A stretch of 32,000 bases of DNA from Caldivirga maquilingensis IC-167 (GCF_000018305.1 NC_009954.1:1680001-1712000); one strand, 5' to 3'; shown: positions 1-9,287, numbered from the stretch's first letter. Numbers and translations are program-made. Notes: generated by a model not told the origin, from the sequence alone.

Positions 1-747
1 TAGTAGGGTCTTAATAGCCTTCTCCCCATCATTACCCAGGTCCACTGTGTAGTTGTTAACGTACATGTCCACAAACCTACCGGTATCACTCATGTTGAGT
101 CCCCTTGAGAACTTCATGGCGTACTCAAGTGCCTCCTCCCTATGCTGCATGGCGTACCTCAGGGATTCAAGTAAGGCATCCCTAATTAACATAGCATTAT
201 CCATTCCTAATGATGCCTTAACAACATCTAGACCAAGGGGTGTTGGTAGTTTAGTTTGTTCATACCACCATTCACCTAAGTCCATTATATTCCTTAAGCC
301 ATACCTCTCATAGGTTATTTGACCCTCGTGAATCAAAACCCCTGCATCAACGGCCCCACTAATCACTGCATCCATTATCTTGTCGAAGGGTACTTCAACA
401 GTCTTAACATTAGGCATAGCTAACTTAAAGAGTAAGGTTGCTGTGGCGTAGGTTCCAGGTACGGCAACAAGGTTCATACCACCACCCTTACCAACAACCA
501 CTGGGCCATACTTAAGCCCCATGGATGCACCAACCCTAAGCACATAATACTTATCAGCCACGTAGGCTAACGCGTGGGTGCTTATTGCAGTGACATCAAG
601 CCTACCATGCAGTGCAAGCTTATTTAAAGTCTCAATATCAACCAGGAACTCCCTTATCCTAAAGGGGAAGTTAACCTTACCTGCAGTTAGTGCGTAAAAC
701 ATGTATGCGTCATCCGGGTCAGGACTATGACCAATTAACAACTCCAT
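1..747 (-). CDS. MqnA/MqnD-family (PF02621-like) menaquinone/futalosine-pathway protein, MqnD-like; C-terminus runs off the window
   Basis: Absent from the ORF track because the window edge truncates it. My minus-strand translation from the ATG at 745-747 reads MELLIGHSPDPDDAYMFYALTAGKVNFPFRIREFLVDIETLNKLALHGRLDVTAIS... and stays open to position 1 (249 codons). The GHSPDPDD-x-MFYAL N-terminus resembles the SPCPND motif of 1,4-dihydroxy-6-naphthoate synthase. TATA-like TTATAAA (770-776) lies about 26 nt upstream. Confidence 0.55.
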   Translation of the reverse strand, partial: MELLIGHSPDPDDAYMFYALTAGKVNFPFRIREFLVDIETLNKLALHGRLDVTAISTHALAYVADKYYVLRVGASMGLKYGPVVVGKGGGMNLVAVPGTYATATLLFKLAMPNVKTVEVPFDKIMDAVISGAVDAGVLIHEGQITYERYGLRNIMDLGEWWYEQTKLPTPLGLDVVKASLGMDNAMLIRDALLESLRYAMQHREEALEYAMKFSRGLNMSDTGRFVDMYVNNYTVDLGNDGEKAIKTLL

Positions 748-864
748 AACTAAGTCCAATTACTGCAGCTTTATAATCATTTACCTAATCCCCACTCTTC
801 CATTTTATTGAGTAACCTTAATCCGCAGGGGCATGCATTCTTAATGAGCATTAAGGATACTGTA

Positions 865-2097
865 TTACTCAACTATTATACTTCTTACACCACGGCCTGT
901 CCTAACATCTTTAAAGAACCTTGTATACAGGTATATGTTAACTCCATTAATAATCACAGCGATTATAAATGGGACAGGTAAGGCTACGTAATCAATCATG
1001 GCTCCACTGGATAATGTCGCCGCCGCTGATGGAAGCAACCTAGCCGCTTGATTAGCACCGGCAGTGGTTGATCTTGAACCCTGACTAACTAGACTCATCA
1101 TTAAAGCTGACTGAGCAGGTAGGGATACTACCCTGAACATTACGTAAATTAAGTAGGCTACCATGGCTATGGCCACATCATAACTCAACACCGGGGAAAA
1201 GCGATTTACGAAGGGTAATGTTACTAAGGCCGCAGTGGATATTGACCTGGTTAAAACAACAGTCCTAACGAAGCCGAGCCTACTGGTTATGACTGGCGTT
1301 AGCAGTGATATTAATGCAGCAGCCACGCCACCCAGGAAGAAGATATTCCCTATCTCACCCTTAGGTATCTTGAGGAGTATTTCAAAGATTATGGGTAGGA
1401 ATGGTGTCACTAAGCCCTGTCCAATACCATTAAAGGCACCAGTCAATACGAACCTCCTAATAACCCTCCTGTCCTTCTCATCCAACCTACCGTTAACTGA
1501 ACCGCACCTACCCTTAACCGCACTCTCACTGTACCTATCCCTAACGGGCAGTATTGCTAGGAATGATGCCGTTGAAAGCCCTAGGGCAATCATGAAGCCC
1601 TCCCTGTAACTTAAGTGAGCCAATAATGCACCCACCGCCCCAGCTAGACCTGAGGCTAGGTTAAGTAGTGAATACACCATGGTTCTATTCTCCTCATTAG
1701 TCTTATCAGCCAATAATGCAGTCATCATTGGGGCAACAATAGCCCCAACACTACCACTGGCTAAAGCCCCAGCAGTACCGAATCCACCTAATGCCGCTGC
1801 AACTAGTAGTAGGGCGTAGTTTGAGGTTAATAGTAGTATTGCTGTTGCAGCTGGTAGGAATAGTAATGCTATTAATAGCATCCTCTTCCTACCATAACAG
1901 TCACCAAGCCTACCGAAGTATAGGCTCATTAAAGGTGTTGCGAAGGCACCAACACCAAAGAATACGCCTATTAAGGTGGCTGATAGGTGAAGCACATTAT
2001 ATAGGTAAAGCCCCGTGGTGACACCAAGAGCACCCGTAGCAATACTTCTAAGAACCCTGGATGATAAAATAAGTATCAAATCTCTTCTATCACTCAT
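865..2097 (-). CDS. MFS transporter
   Basis: 410-aa, strongly hydrophobic multi-TM protein. It has the MFS TM2-TM3 loop motif GRLGDCYGRKRMLL. TATA-like TTTTAAAAA lies about 25 nt upstream of the ATG. Confidence 0.8.
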   Translation of the reverse strand: MSDRRDLILILSSRVLRSIATGALGVTTGLYLYNVLHLSATLIGVFFGVGAFATPLMSLYFGRLGDCYGRKRMLLIALLFLPAATAILLLTSNYALLLVAAALGGFGTAGALASGSVGAIVAPMMTALLADKTNEENRTMVYSLLNLASGLAGAVGALLAHLSYREGFMIALGLSTASFLAILPVRDRYSESAVKGRCGSVNGRLDEKDRRVIRRFVLTGAFNGIGQGLVTPFLPIIFEILLKIPKGEIGNIFFLGGVAAALISLLTPVITSRLGFVRTVVLTRSISTAALVTLPFVNRFSPVLSYDVAIAMVAYLIYVMFRVVSLPAQSALMMSLVSQGSRSTTAGANQAARLLPSAAATLSSGAMIDYVALPVPFIIAVIINGVNIYLYTRFFKDVRTGRGVRSIIVE

Positions 2098-2303
2098 GAA
2101 CCACGCAGTATAATCGGCGTTTTTAAAACTAACTCAAGATTAAAATAGGAACCATGACGTGTTCATGCATCCCCTTAATTAACCTAATCAACCATGATCT
2201 AGCTAAGCAATTCCATGAATCAATTCAATTGTAACTGTTGCATTTGGTGAGGGAAGGATGTGAATGCAACTTGATACCACTGCATTAAGGCGTAAATCTC
2301 AGG

Positions 2304-4190
2304 TTACTTATGCATTAATTCAGCCTCCCTCATGGCCTTCTTAAGCAGTAGAGCCACCACGTGTTCACAGGGTTTCATTGAGTTCCTGCATTTACTGCAG
2401 CTCCAAACTTCATTCTTTAAATCAACCTCAACCCTAGCCCCATTAACGTACCCCCTGATTACTGAGTCGCTTAATGATTCATCACTTATCTTATCCAGGA
2501 GTAGCTTAGCTCTCTCTATGGTTAACTTAGGTATCTTTAAGCCCATCATCCTACTCACCTCATTCTCATAATCCTCATCCTTAACACCCCAGTACTTGTC
2601 CAGGTTTATGTCACCTCCACCGTACTCAAGCACCCTATTCCTAAGCTTCACAACTATTGGTACTTGACCACCAACTATTGGACCCATTATTAATGCCTCG
2701 CCAATATTCAATGATGCAAGTATCTTATCCAGGTTACTGTTCATTAACTCCCCAGCCTCAAGTAACGCCTCCCTATCCTTAGGATTCACCACCCTGAGTA
2801 ATGCGTAATTCTGGACTTGACTCAATATATCTTGATCAATCTTAGATGGCCTCTGGGTTATTAACACTAGGAAGACTCCGAACTTCCTACCCTCCATGGC
2901 TATCCTAGAGAGTATGCCGTACGTTAAAGTTCTCCTACCATTACCTGGGGCAAAACGGTGAGCCTCCTCAACAACAATAACCACTGGGTAAGGGTACTTA
3001 GGGCCCGGTAACCTCCTCACGTAGTTTATCCTAGCCTTAAGAACCCTACTGAGTATACTATACGCCACATGGTCCTGAACCGAGTCATCTAGGCCAGCTA
3101 GGTTAATTACTGAGGCGTGCCTAGCCTTAAGTAATTTAAGTAGGCGTGTACTTAATGGTGAGTAAACCCCAAGTCTCCTAAGCTTCCTAACATACCTCTT
3201 AGCCGCTAAGGCAGCATGCCGGCCAGCTGATTCACTGGCTAAGTCATTAAGCTCAGATAAGACTACGGTAAGCCTCCTGAAGTACTTATTATCATTCAAG
3301 TTACCTGTGGGGTACTTGGTTCCGAATAGGTTCTGCAGCATACCCACTTGTATTCTCCTCCCTGAGGCTACTTGAGCCAGTATCCTCTCCATGTTCCTTA
3401 ATGTGGCTAACTTAGAGTCACCGTATGCCTTGGCGGCTAACTTAACGCAGCGGTGAGCCAGTGAGAAGGCTTCCCTAATTCTAATCGCCTTATCATCAAT
3501 ACCCGACACTGAGGCTATGTGGTCTGGGTCAGCAGCAATTAACCCAACCCTATAGGTTAAGTCACCTGCATGTTGCCTAGAAAGCCTGAACACCGTTAAT
3601 CCAACACCATCCATTTTACTCACGGTTTCCTTAGCCTTAACGTACTCACCATGCGGATCCAGTATCAGTACTGTGGCCCCTAATTTCAGTAACTCCTCAA
3701 TAACCAGTACACTCAACCATGTCTTACCATTACCAGTAGCCCCTATTATAGCCATATGCCTACTAATCGCCTTCTCATTAAGGCAAACCTTAACATCCTG
3801 CATACTGGCTAAGTAACCTATACATAACCTACCCCTTAAACCCAGGTATGACTTAACTAATTCAGGGTCGGCTTGGTAAACAGGAGTGGATACTGGTGGT
3901 GGTGCCTCAGGTAGCTTCAGTAGGTCCCCAGTCTTCTTACCTATTATGAGGAGTTTAACTAAAACAGTCTCCACTGGTTTAACACCATCATTGAAAACCA
4001 CCGGCGCCAGTGAATCACTGACCCTGTATAATTCACGATTAATCCCAGTTACCTGGGCCAGGATCCTTGAATCACCATGCTCATAGTAAACGTAGTCGAA
4101 TAGTTTAATGACATCTGCGTACCTTGGGTTAGCGATCATTATTAATTCATCCACGCCATTATTGCCGATTACGTAGCCCACTGGTTCCAT
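2304..4190 (-). CDS. HerA/FtsK-superfamily (DUF87-type) ATPase with C-terminal SWIM-like zinc finger
   Basis: 628 aa. N-terminal HAS-barrel-like segment, Walker A AIIGATGNGKTW and Walker B VVIVVEEAHRFAP. The C-terminus reads VEVDLKNEVWSCSKCRNSMKPCEHVVALLLK (C-x2-C-x6-C-x-H followed by a helix). Confidence 0.8.
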   Translation of the reverse strand: MEPVGYVIGNNGVDELIMIANPRYADVIKLFDYVYYEHGDSRILAQVTGINRELYRVSDSLAPVVFNDGVKPVETVLVKLLIIGKKTGDLLKLPEAPPPVSTPVYQADPELVKSYLGLRGRLCIGYLASMQDVKVCLNEKAISRHMAIIGATGNGKTWLSVLVIEELLKLGATVLILDPHGEYVKAKETVSKMDGVGLTVFRLSRQHAGDLTYRVGLIAADPDHIASVSGIDDKAIRIREAFSLAHRCVKLAAKAYGDSKLATLRNMERILAQVASGRRIQVGMLQNLFGTKYPTGNLNDNKYFRRLTVVLSELNDLASESAGRHAALAAKRYVRKLRRLGVYSPLSTRLLKLLKARHASVINLAGLDDSVQDHVAYSILSRVLKARINYVRRLPGPKYPYPVVIVVEEAHRFAPGNGRRTLTYGILSRIAMEGRKFGVFLVLITQRPSKIDQDILSQVQNYALLRVVNPKDREALLEAGELMNSNLDKILASLNIGEALIMGPIVGGQVPIVVKLRNRVLEYGGGDINLDKYWGVKDEDYENEVSRMMGLKIPKLTIERAKLLLDKISDESLSDSVIRGYVNGARVEVDLKNEVWSCSKCRNSMKPCEHVVALLLKKAMREAELMHK

Positions 4191-4351
4191 TCAAGGAATT
4201 CACATTGCGTGCATTATTAAGTATTATTAGTAAGTAGAGTGTGGGATTTTCTTTAACTTTAATCCTCTAAAGTACTGGGATTAAGCGCTAGTTCACTAAT
4301 ACTTTAAGGCTATACGGAACAGTGAAATAACTTGGCGTAGGTTATTGAACA

Positions 4352-5629
4352 GTGCCGGACATATTCATGGACCTATTGATTAAGGAGCTCAATTCAATAA
4401 CCAGTGAAGTAATGGGTATTGAGAATAATTTAATCGGCTTAGATAATGATGTGAATAAACTATGGATTAAGATTAACGCCTCAGGCAGCTTCACAAGGGC
4501 TGTGGCTGTTGATGGTGGATTACAGGAGGTTAAGTTGAGTAATGGTTACTCAATCAGTATGGCTAGGGCTATTGCAGTTAATAACATGGGTGCGGAACCC
4601 ATTAGGGTTGTTAAGGCTTCCTTATTTCCCGAATCATCACCAGGCGGTATATTGACAATGGGGATTCTTGAGGTTGAGGCTGCTTTAAGGGCTATTAATG
4701 AGTATGGTGACTTAAGGTTCATACTAATGGATGGGTCATTATTCGCTAAGATACTTGAGGCACTACACATAATACTACTGGGTAGGAATATTGGTGAAAT
4801 ATACGCAATACCTGAGGCAGTGAACCTGGTTAATGCCACATCAAGGTTGATTAATGAGGCAGGGAAGAGGGGGGTTAGGGTACTATTCATTAGTAAGGAT
4901 AATAGCCTCAGGGTGTATAAGGAGTACTTAATCCTAAGGAGACTGAGTGAAAGCAGGAATACTAGGCTTAGGGAACTGGCTAATCATGGGTTAAACTACT
5001 ATTCAGTTACCTGGTCAAGGGTATTGAGGACACGCTTCTTTAAGTTAATGAAAAGCCTCAGTGTAAGTGAGGAGTCCCAGTTAATAGGAATGCTTCTCAA
5101 CCAATCGGTAAGCGACTCAATAATACTATCATCATCACTACGTAGGATTAATTTAAATCACGGTATTGTGAAGCCCATGGTAATAAGCGGTGGATTAAGC
5201 CCACGATTAAGCCGACTAACTGAATCAGACTTAGAATCCTTAATAGAGAGGAGGCTTAATGAATCATTAATAATGAGGGGGATTAAGCCGAGGCTAGACT
5301 CCTCAACGTTAATCAACCTACCTCAAGTAGCCTTAACCTACGTGGCAGTCTCAAGGGATGATTCACCAATACTTGTTGAAATACCCGTAAGGGATGGGGG
5401 CTTCCTGCAGAGGCCTAGGGTTAGGGACCCGGTTTATATTAGTGAACTCATTGAGGTTTCAGGGCCGATAATTAATGATTACGTTGATCCAATTAGGTAT
5501 AATGGATTATTAACACTGGCACACGTCTACGCCAACTTCACTGTTAATCAACTGAGTGAGTACATGGCTATGCTTCAAAGTAAGCTTGGCTTAAGATTCT
5601 CAAGGAGAATTGGCTTAACCATACTTTAG
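4352..5629 (+). CDS. NurA-like nuclease domain protein
   Basis: 425 aa with NurA-type motifs: AVAVDGG, FILMDGSLF, VLFISKDNS and a C-terminal LTLAHVYANF. Divergent from the HerA-like gene. The start is uncertain: GTG at 4352 (preceded by AGGT) or ATG at 4367. Confidence 0.6.
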   Translation: MPDIFMDLLIKELNSITSEVMGIENNLIGLDNDVNKLWIKINASGSFTRAVAVDGGLQEVKLSNGYSISMARAIAVNNMGAEPIRVVKASLFPESSPGGILTMGILEVEAALRAINEYGDLRFILMDGSLFAKILEALHIILLGRNIGEIYAIPEAVNLVNATSRLINEAGKRGVRVLFISKDNSLRVYKEYLILRRLSESRNTRLRELANHGLNYYSVTWSRVLRTRFFKLMKSLSVSEESQLIGMLLNQSVSDSIILSSSLRRINLNHGIVKPMVISGGLSPRLSRLTESDLESLIERRLNESLIMRGIKPRLDSSTLINLPQVALTYVAVSRDDSPILVEIPVRDGGFLQRPRVRDPVYISELIEVSGPIINDYVDPIRYNGLLTLAHVYANFTVNQLSEYMAMLQSKLGLRFSRRIGLTIL

Positions 5630-5717
5630 GATTAATCATGAAGCCCACGGAAACGTGAAATTAATATTGATTACTATTGGAAGCATTTAAAAATAATTAA
5701 GTAACGGCTATAGTTTA

Positions 5718-6131
5718 ATGAAGGTATTTGTAAGGGAGCTTAAGTACACTTCAAGGAGGCAGGTTGAAGTCATTGACATAACTAGTGATGTGGAGGGGGT
5801 TGTTAATGAAAGCGGTATTAAGAACGGTTTCATAATAGTGTTCGCTCCCCATGCCACAGCGGCCATTATACTTAATGAGGATGAGGGTGGGTTGCTCAAG
5901 GATATTGAGGATAAGATTCTTGAATTATTCCCAAGGAGTGGGAATTATAGGCATAATTTAATTGATGATAACGCTAACTCGCATTTAGCAAGCGCCTTCC
6001 TAGGGCAGGGTAAGGTAATTCCCCTGGTTAATGGTTCATTAATAAGGGGTACTTGGCAGAATATCCTCCTCGTGGAGCTTGATGGACCTAGGGCTATTAG
6101 GAGGGTTGTGGTTGAGGTGATTGGTGAGTGA
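5718..6131 (+). CDS. YjbQ/UPF0047 family protein (secondary thiamine-phosphate synthase-like)
   Basis: 137 aa. IDITSDVEGVV, FAPHATAAIILNEDE, NANSHL and GTWQNILLVELDGPR are typical of UPF0047. TATA TTTAAAAATA lies about 27 nt upstream. Confidence 0.8.
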   Translation: MKVFVRELKYTSRRQVEVIDITSDVEGVVNESGIKNGFIIVFAPHATAAIILNEDEGGLLKDIEDKILELFPRSGNYRHNLIDDNANSHLASAFLGQGKVIPLVNGSLIRGTWQNILLVELDGPRAIRRVVVEVIGE

Positions 6132-7024
6132 ATAATATTGATGTCCTGGTAACTTACCTAGTCATTGGTTTACTAGCCTCAGTGGCATTAAGCATAATAG
6201 CCGTTAAGGCTAAGGTGATAAGGAGGGGGGCTATACCTCAATCAGTGCTTGTGGGTACTCTAGTAACCTTATCAGGGCTTCCATCAGTCCTCCTATTCAT
6301 CCTATTCCTCCTCTACTCAACAATAGTAACCAGGCTCGGTAAGGAACCGAAGATTAAACTGGGTGTAGCCTACGACCTGGAGGGTAGGGGGGCGAGTCAA
6401 GTTGCCGCAGTGGGCTTTACACCATCAGTAATGGCTATGGTAAGTGCAGTAACGTATGCAGTGAACTTAACCACTGTGGCTAAGATCTTCCTAATCTCCT
6501 ACGTAGCATCATTAGCTGCTACATCAGCAGACACGTGGGCTAGTGAAATCGGGGTGCTTTCCAGGGGTAATCCATTCTTAGTCACAATGCCTAAGGCCAA
6601 GGTGACTCCAGGTACGTCTGGTGCCGTTACATGGCTTGGGGAATTAAGTTCACTGGCTGGTTCAACGGCAATAGCCTTAACCTACCTAGCCTTAAACGTC
6701 GTCTTCAATAATTCACCCAATTGGGTTAAGTTCAATTGGAGTACAGTTAACCCAACTATTCAATTAATACTCCTAATACTTGCATTAGGTTACATCGGGG
6801 AGGTGTTGGATAGTTTACTGGGTGCATTAACTCAACCTAAGTACTACTGCGATAGGTGCGGTATGGTTACTGAACAGGAGGTTCATACATGTGGAGGTAG
6901 GACTAGGTTAATTTATGAGCCGAGGATTAAGTTAAGTAACGAGGACGTTAACCTATTAACCAGCCTAATAGTAGCCGTCACAGCTGTGCTGGTGGCTTTA
7001 GCATTCAGCCGTTTATTAGGCTAA
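6128..7024 (+). CDS. DUF92 (TMEM19-like) integral membrane protein with a C2HC zinc-ribbon-like insert
   Basis: 298-aa multi-TM protein with the DUF92 hallmark ADTWASEIG. The GTG start overlaps the yjbQ-like TGA stop (GTGA, 4-nt overlap). Insert YYCDRCGMVTEQEVHTCGG sits before the last TM helix. Confidence 0.7.
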   Translation: MNNIDVLVTYLVIGLLASVALSIIAVKAKVIRRGAIPQSVLVGTLVTLSGLPSVLLFILFLLYSTIVTRLGKEPKIKLGVAYDLEGRGASQVAAVGFTPSVMAMVSAVTYAVNLTTVAKIFLISYVASLAATSADTWASEIGVLSRGNPFLVTMPKAKVTPGTSGAVTWLGELSSLAGSTAIALTYLALNVVFNNSPNWVKFNWSTVNPTIQLILLILALGYIGEVLDSLLGALTQPKYYCDRCGMVTEQEVHTCGGRTRLIYEPRIKLSNEDVNLLTSLIVAVTAVLVALAFSRLLG

Positions 7025-7144
7025 TTAACCAGCTTAATCAACGTTAAAGCGTATATTCAGGAATCATACTCCTGAGTATTCAGGACTAAATAACGTATAC
7101 TTAGTGAATCATACCTTGTTAAATAGGGGGATTTCAGTTAATTC

Positions 7145-7486
7145 ATGGCTCAGGAACGCGTAAACTACCCCTCTGACTTTAGGGAGGTTGAAAGATGGGT
7201 TAGTGAAGCCCTATACAGGTCGATTAGCAGAGCCATGGGGACCTGCGTCAGCTTCACACCCAAGACTCTTCTGGAGTATATTAATAAGGAGGATGTTATA
7301 CCAGTGGTCTTAACCCTAATTAAGCATATACTTGAGGAGCTTTATAAGCATGGGTTACTGGAGAAGGATCAGAGTAGAAGCATAGTTAGGTATAGGGTGT
7401 GTAGGGATAGTCCACTATGGGGCCTTGCTAAGGACAGCCAGGACCCGTCGAGAATACTAACCCTACTAATGACTATAGTGGAGTAG
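7145..7486 (+). CDS. hypothetical protein, possibly winged-helix
   Basis: 113-aa ORF with no competing frame. LEELYKHGLLEKDQSRSIVRYRV looks like a recognition helix plus wing. No family recognised. Confidence 0.4.
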   Translation: MAQERVNYPSDFREVERWVSEALYRSISRAMGTCVSFTPKTLLEYINKEDVIPVVLTLIKHILEELYKHGLLEKDQSRSIVRYRVCRDSPLWGLAKDSQDPSRILTLLMTIVE

Positions 7487-7488
7487 GT

Positions 7489-8487
7489 TTAAGGCGTCAG
7501 TAGTATTTTACCTACCCTTGACCCTGATTGAAGGGCTTCAAGAGCCCTCCCGAAGTCTTGTAATGAGTACTTAGCAGCCACCACGGGTTCTATTTTAATT
7601 GATTTAACCATATTGAACACTGAGGCCACGTCCCTTTTATTAGAGGCAATATTACTGACTATGGCCACGTCCTTAAGTATCACGTAACCCAGTCTTAATG
7701 AGTATGATTCATCAGGGTTCACGTTACCCACCAGTAGTATTCTACCCCCAATCCTAAGGCTCCTCAAGGATTCATTAATCGTCGGAGTCCCCACAGTCTC
7801 AATAACTGCATCAACACCCTCACCCAGCTTCCTCTTAACCTCCTCACTGAACTTTAAACCAACTATGACATCGTCAGCGAACCTGCCTAAAACCTTAGCC
7901 TTATCCTCATGACTAGTCACAGCTATTACCCTAGCCCCCATTGCCTTAGCCAGTTGAACAGCATGAACACCAACACCACCACCTGCACCAGTCACTAAAA
8001 CAGTCTCACCAATACTTAACCCAATTCTCCTAAGCCCCTTATGAATCATTGCTAGGACACAGGGTGTTAAGGCGGCTAATTCATCACTAACCCAGTCAGG
8101 GACCTTAACCAGTGAATTACCAGTAACCTTAGCGTACTCCGCGAAGAATCCATCAACCTCCTCACCGAAGCTAAGCCTACTCCTACAATAAGCCTCCTCA
8201 CCCCTCAGACACATGTCACATACACCATCCACACTATGGAGTATTGGCACAACCCTATCACCAGGCTTAAACCTAGAATCCCTAGACTCCTCAACAACAC
8301 CAACAGCCTCATGACCAAGCACCACAGGGTACTTCATCCTTGGGTAGTAACCCCTTAACTGAAGTAAATCCCTATAACACAATGCAGCATACTTAACCCT
8401 AATCAACACCTCACCAACACCTGGATCCGGTCTGGGTGAATCTGCAACCTCAAATCTACCTTTACCGGTAACTATAATTGACTTCAC
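7489..8487 (-). CDS. zinc-type medium-chain alcohol dehydrogenase/reductase (MDR family)
   Basis: 332 aa. GHEAVGVV catalytic-zinc motif, CDMCLRGEEAYC structural-zinc lobe and Rossmann VTGAGGGVG. GTG start with TATA-like TTTAATAAA about 28 nt upstream. Confidence 0.85.
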   Translation of the reverse strand: MKSIIVTGKGRFEVADSPRPDPGVGEVLIRVKYAALCYRDLLQLRGYYPRMKYPVVLGHEAVGVVEESRDSRFKPGDRVVPILHSVDGVCDMCLRGEEAYCRSRLSFGEEVDGFFAEYAKVTGNSLVKVPDWVSDELAALTPCVLAMIHKGLRRIGLSIGETVLVTGAGGGVGVHAVQLAKAMGARVIAVTSHEDKAKVLGRFADDVIVGLKFSEEVKRKLGEGVDAVIETVGTPTINESLRSLRIGGRILLVGNVNPDESYSLRLGYVILKDVAIVSNIASNKRDVASVFNMVKSIKIEPVVAAKYSLQDFGRALEALQSGSRVGKILLTP

Positions 8488-8666
8488 TGCATTTAACCAA
8501 GCACTAGCCTTTATTAAATATTAGCTTAAACCACTAAGGCTTATACTTCAAGGACCTATAAAATCACTTAAAGAAAACCATTATTGACTAATGCTTTTAA
8601 TTTCATGGAGTAGTGGAATTGAGTGTTAAGCCTCAGCATAAAGCTTATTTACAACCTTAACACTAG

Positions 8667-9287
8667 GTGCCTATGCCTACGTATTATTTAAAGACCCCGA
8701 TAAGCGATAGTGATGTTGAGAAGCTTAACATCGGTGATACAGTCTACGTAAGCGGTGTACTGGTAAGCGCCAGGGATGCTGCACACGTTAGGATCATTGA
8801 ACACATAAGGAAGGGTGAACCATTACCCGTTGACTTGAGAGGTGGTGTCATTTACCATGCTGGCCCAGTGGCTGTTAAGGAGGGTGATTCATGGAGGATA
8901 ATAAGCATGGGTCCAACAACCAGCGCCAGGATGGAGGAGTTTGAACCTGAGGTTATTGAGAAGCTTGGGGTTAAGTTAATAATAGGGAAGGGTGGAATGG
9001 GGCCTAAGACCACTGAAGCCATGAGGAGGTTTAAGGCATCATACCTAATATTCACCGGTGGAGCCGGTGTACTGGCCGCTAAGGCAATTAAGAGGGTTAT
9101 TGGTGTTCATTGGCTTGACCTAGGGGCCGCTGAAGCCATGTGGATTCTCGAGGTTGAGAACTTCGGCCCATTATCAGTAATAATTGACTCAAAGGGTAAT
9201 AATTACTACGAGGATTTAAGGAGGAAGGCCAGGGAGAGGATTGAGGAGGCTGTTAAGGATGCCTTAGGCAGTATCCCACGCCTCTAA
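8667..9287 (+). CDS. Fe-S type hydro-lyase beta subunit (class I fumarate hydratase / tartrate dehydratase beta)
   Basis: 206 aa. SGVLVSARDAAH, GGVIYHAGP, GPTTSARME and IGKGGMG match the FumA C-terminal / TtdB family. The start is GTG 8667 or ATG 8673. Confidence 0.8.
   Translation: MPMPTYYLKTPISDSDVEKLNIGDTVYVSGVLVSARDAAHVRIIEHIRKGEPLPVDLRGGVIYHAGPVAVKEGDSWRIISMGPTTSARMEEFEPEVIEKLGVKLIIGKGGMGPKTTEAMRRFKASYLIFTGGAGVLAAKAIKRVIGVHWLDLGAAEAMWILEVENFGPLSVIIDSKGNNYYEDLRRKARERIEEAVKDALGSIPRL

Noticed and set aside
778-807. CATTTACCTAATCCCCACTCTTCCATTTTA upstream of the MqnD-like gene resembles the CRISPR repeat (TTT-CTAATCCC-TCTT-ATTTT blocks).
   Set aside because: The alignment needs a 2-nt insertion, and the GGG half of the stem is replaced by CC. 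Too degenerate to call; noted only because a similar repeat-like sequence occurs at 4242-4282.
1235-2021. Plus-strand ORFs 1235-1609 and 1791-2021 inside the MFS gene. Similar antisense or alternate-frame ORFs: 53-313, 2332-2571, 3886-4086, 4546-4890, 5708-5899, 8852-9055, 10295-10579, 13124-13411, 13979-14182, 16996-17301, 18435-18623, 19279-20103, 21186-21380, 22371-22610, 23756-23959, 24571-25030, 27239-27457, 27713-28015, 29235-29417, 30762-30953.
   Set aside because: All lie within longer ORFs that have clear family motifs. Their translations are Ser/Leu/Pro/Thr-rich shadow-frame sequences with no recognisable domains.
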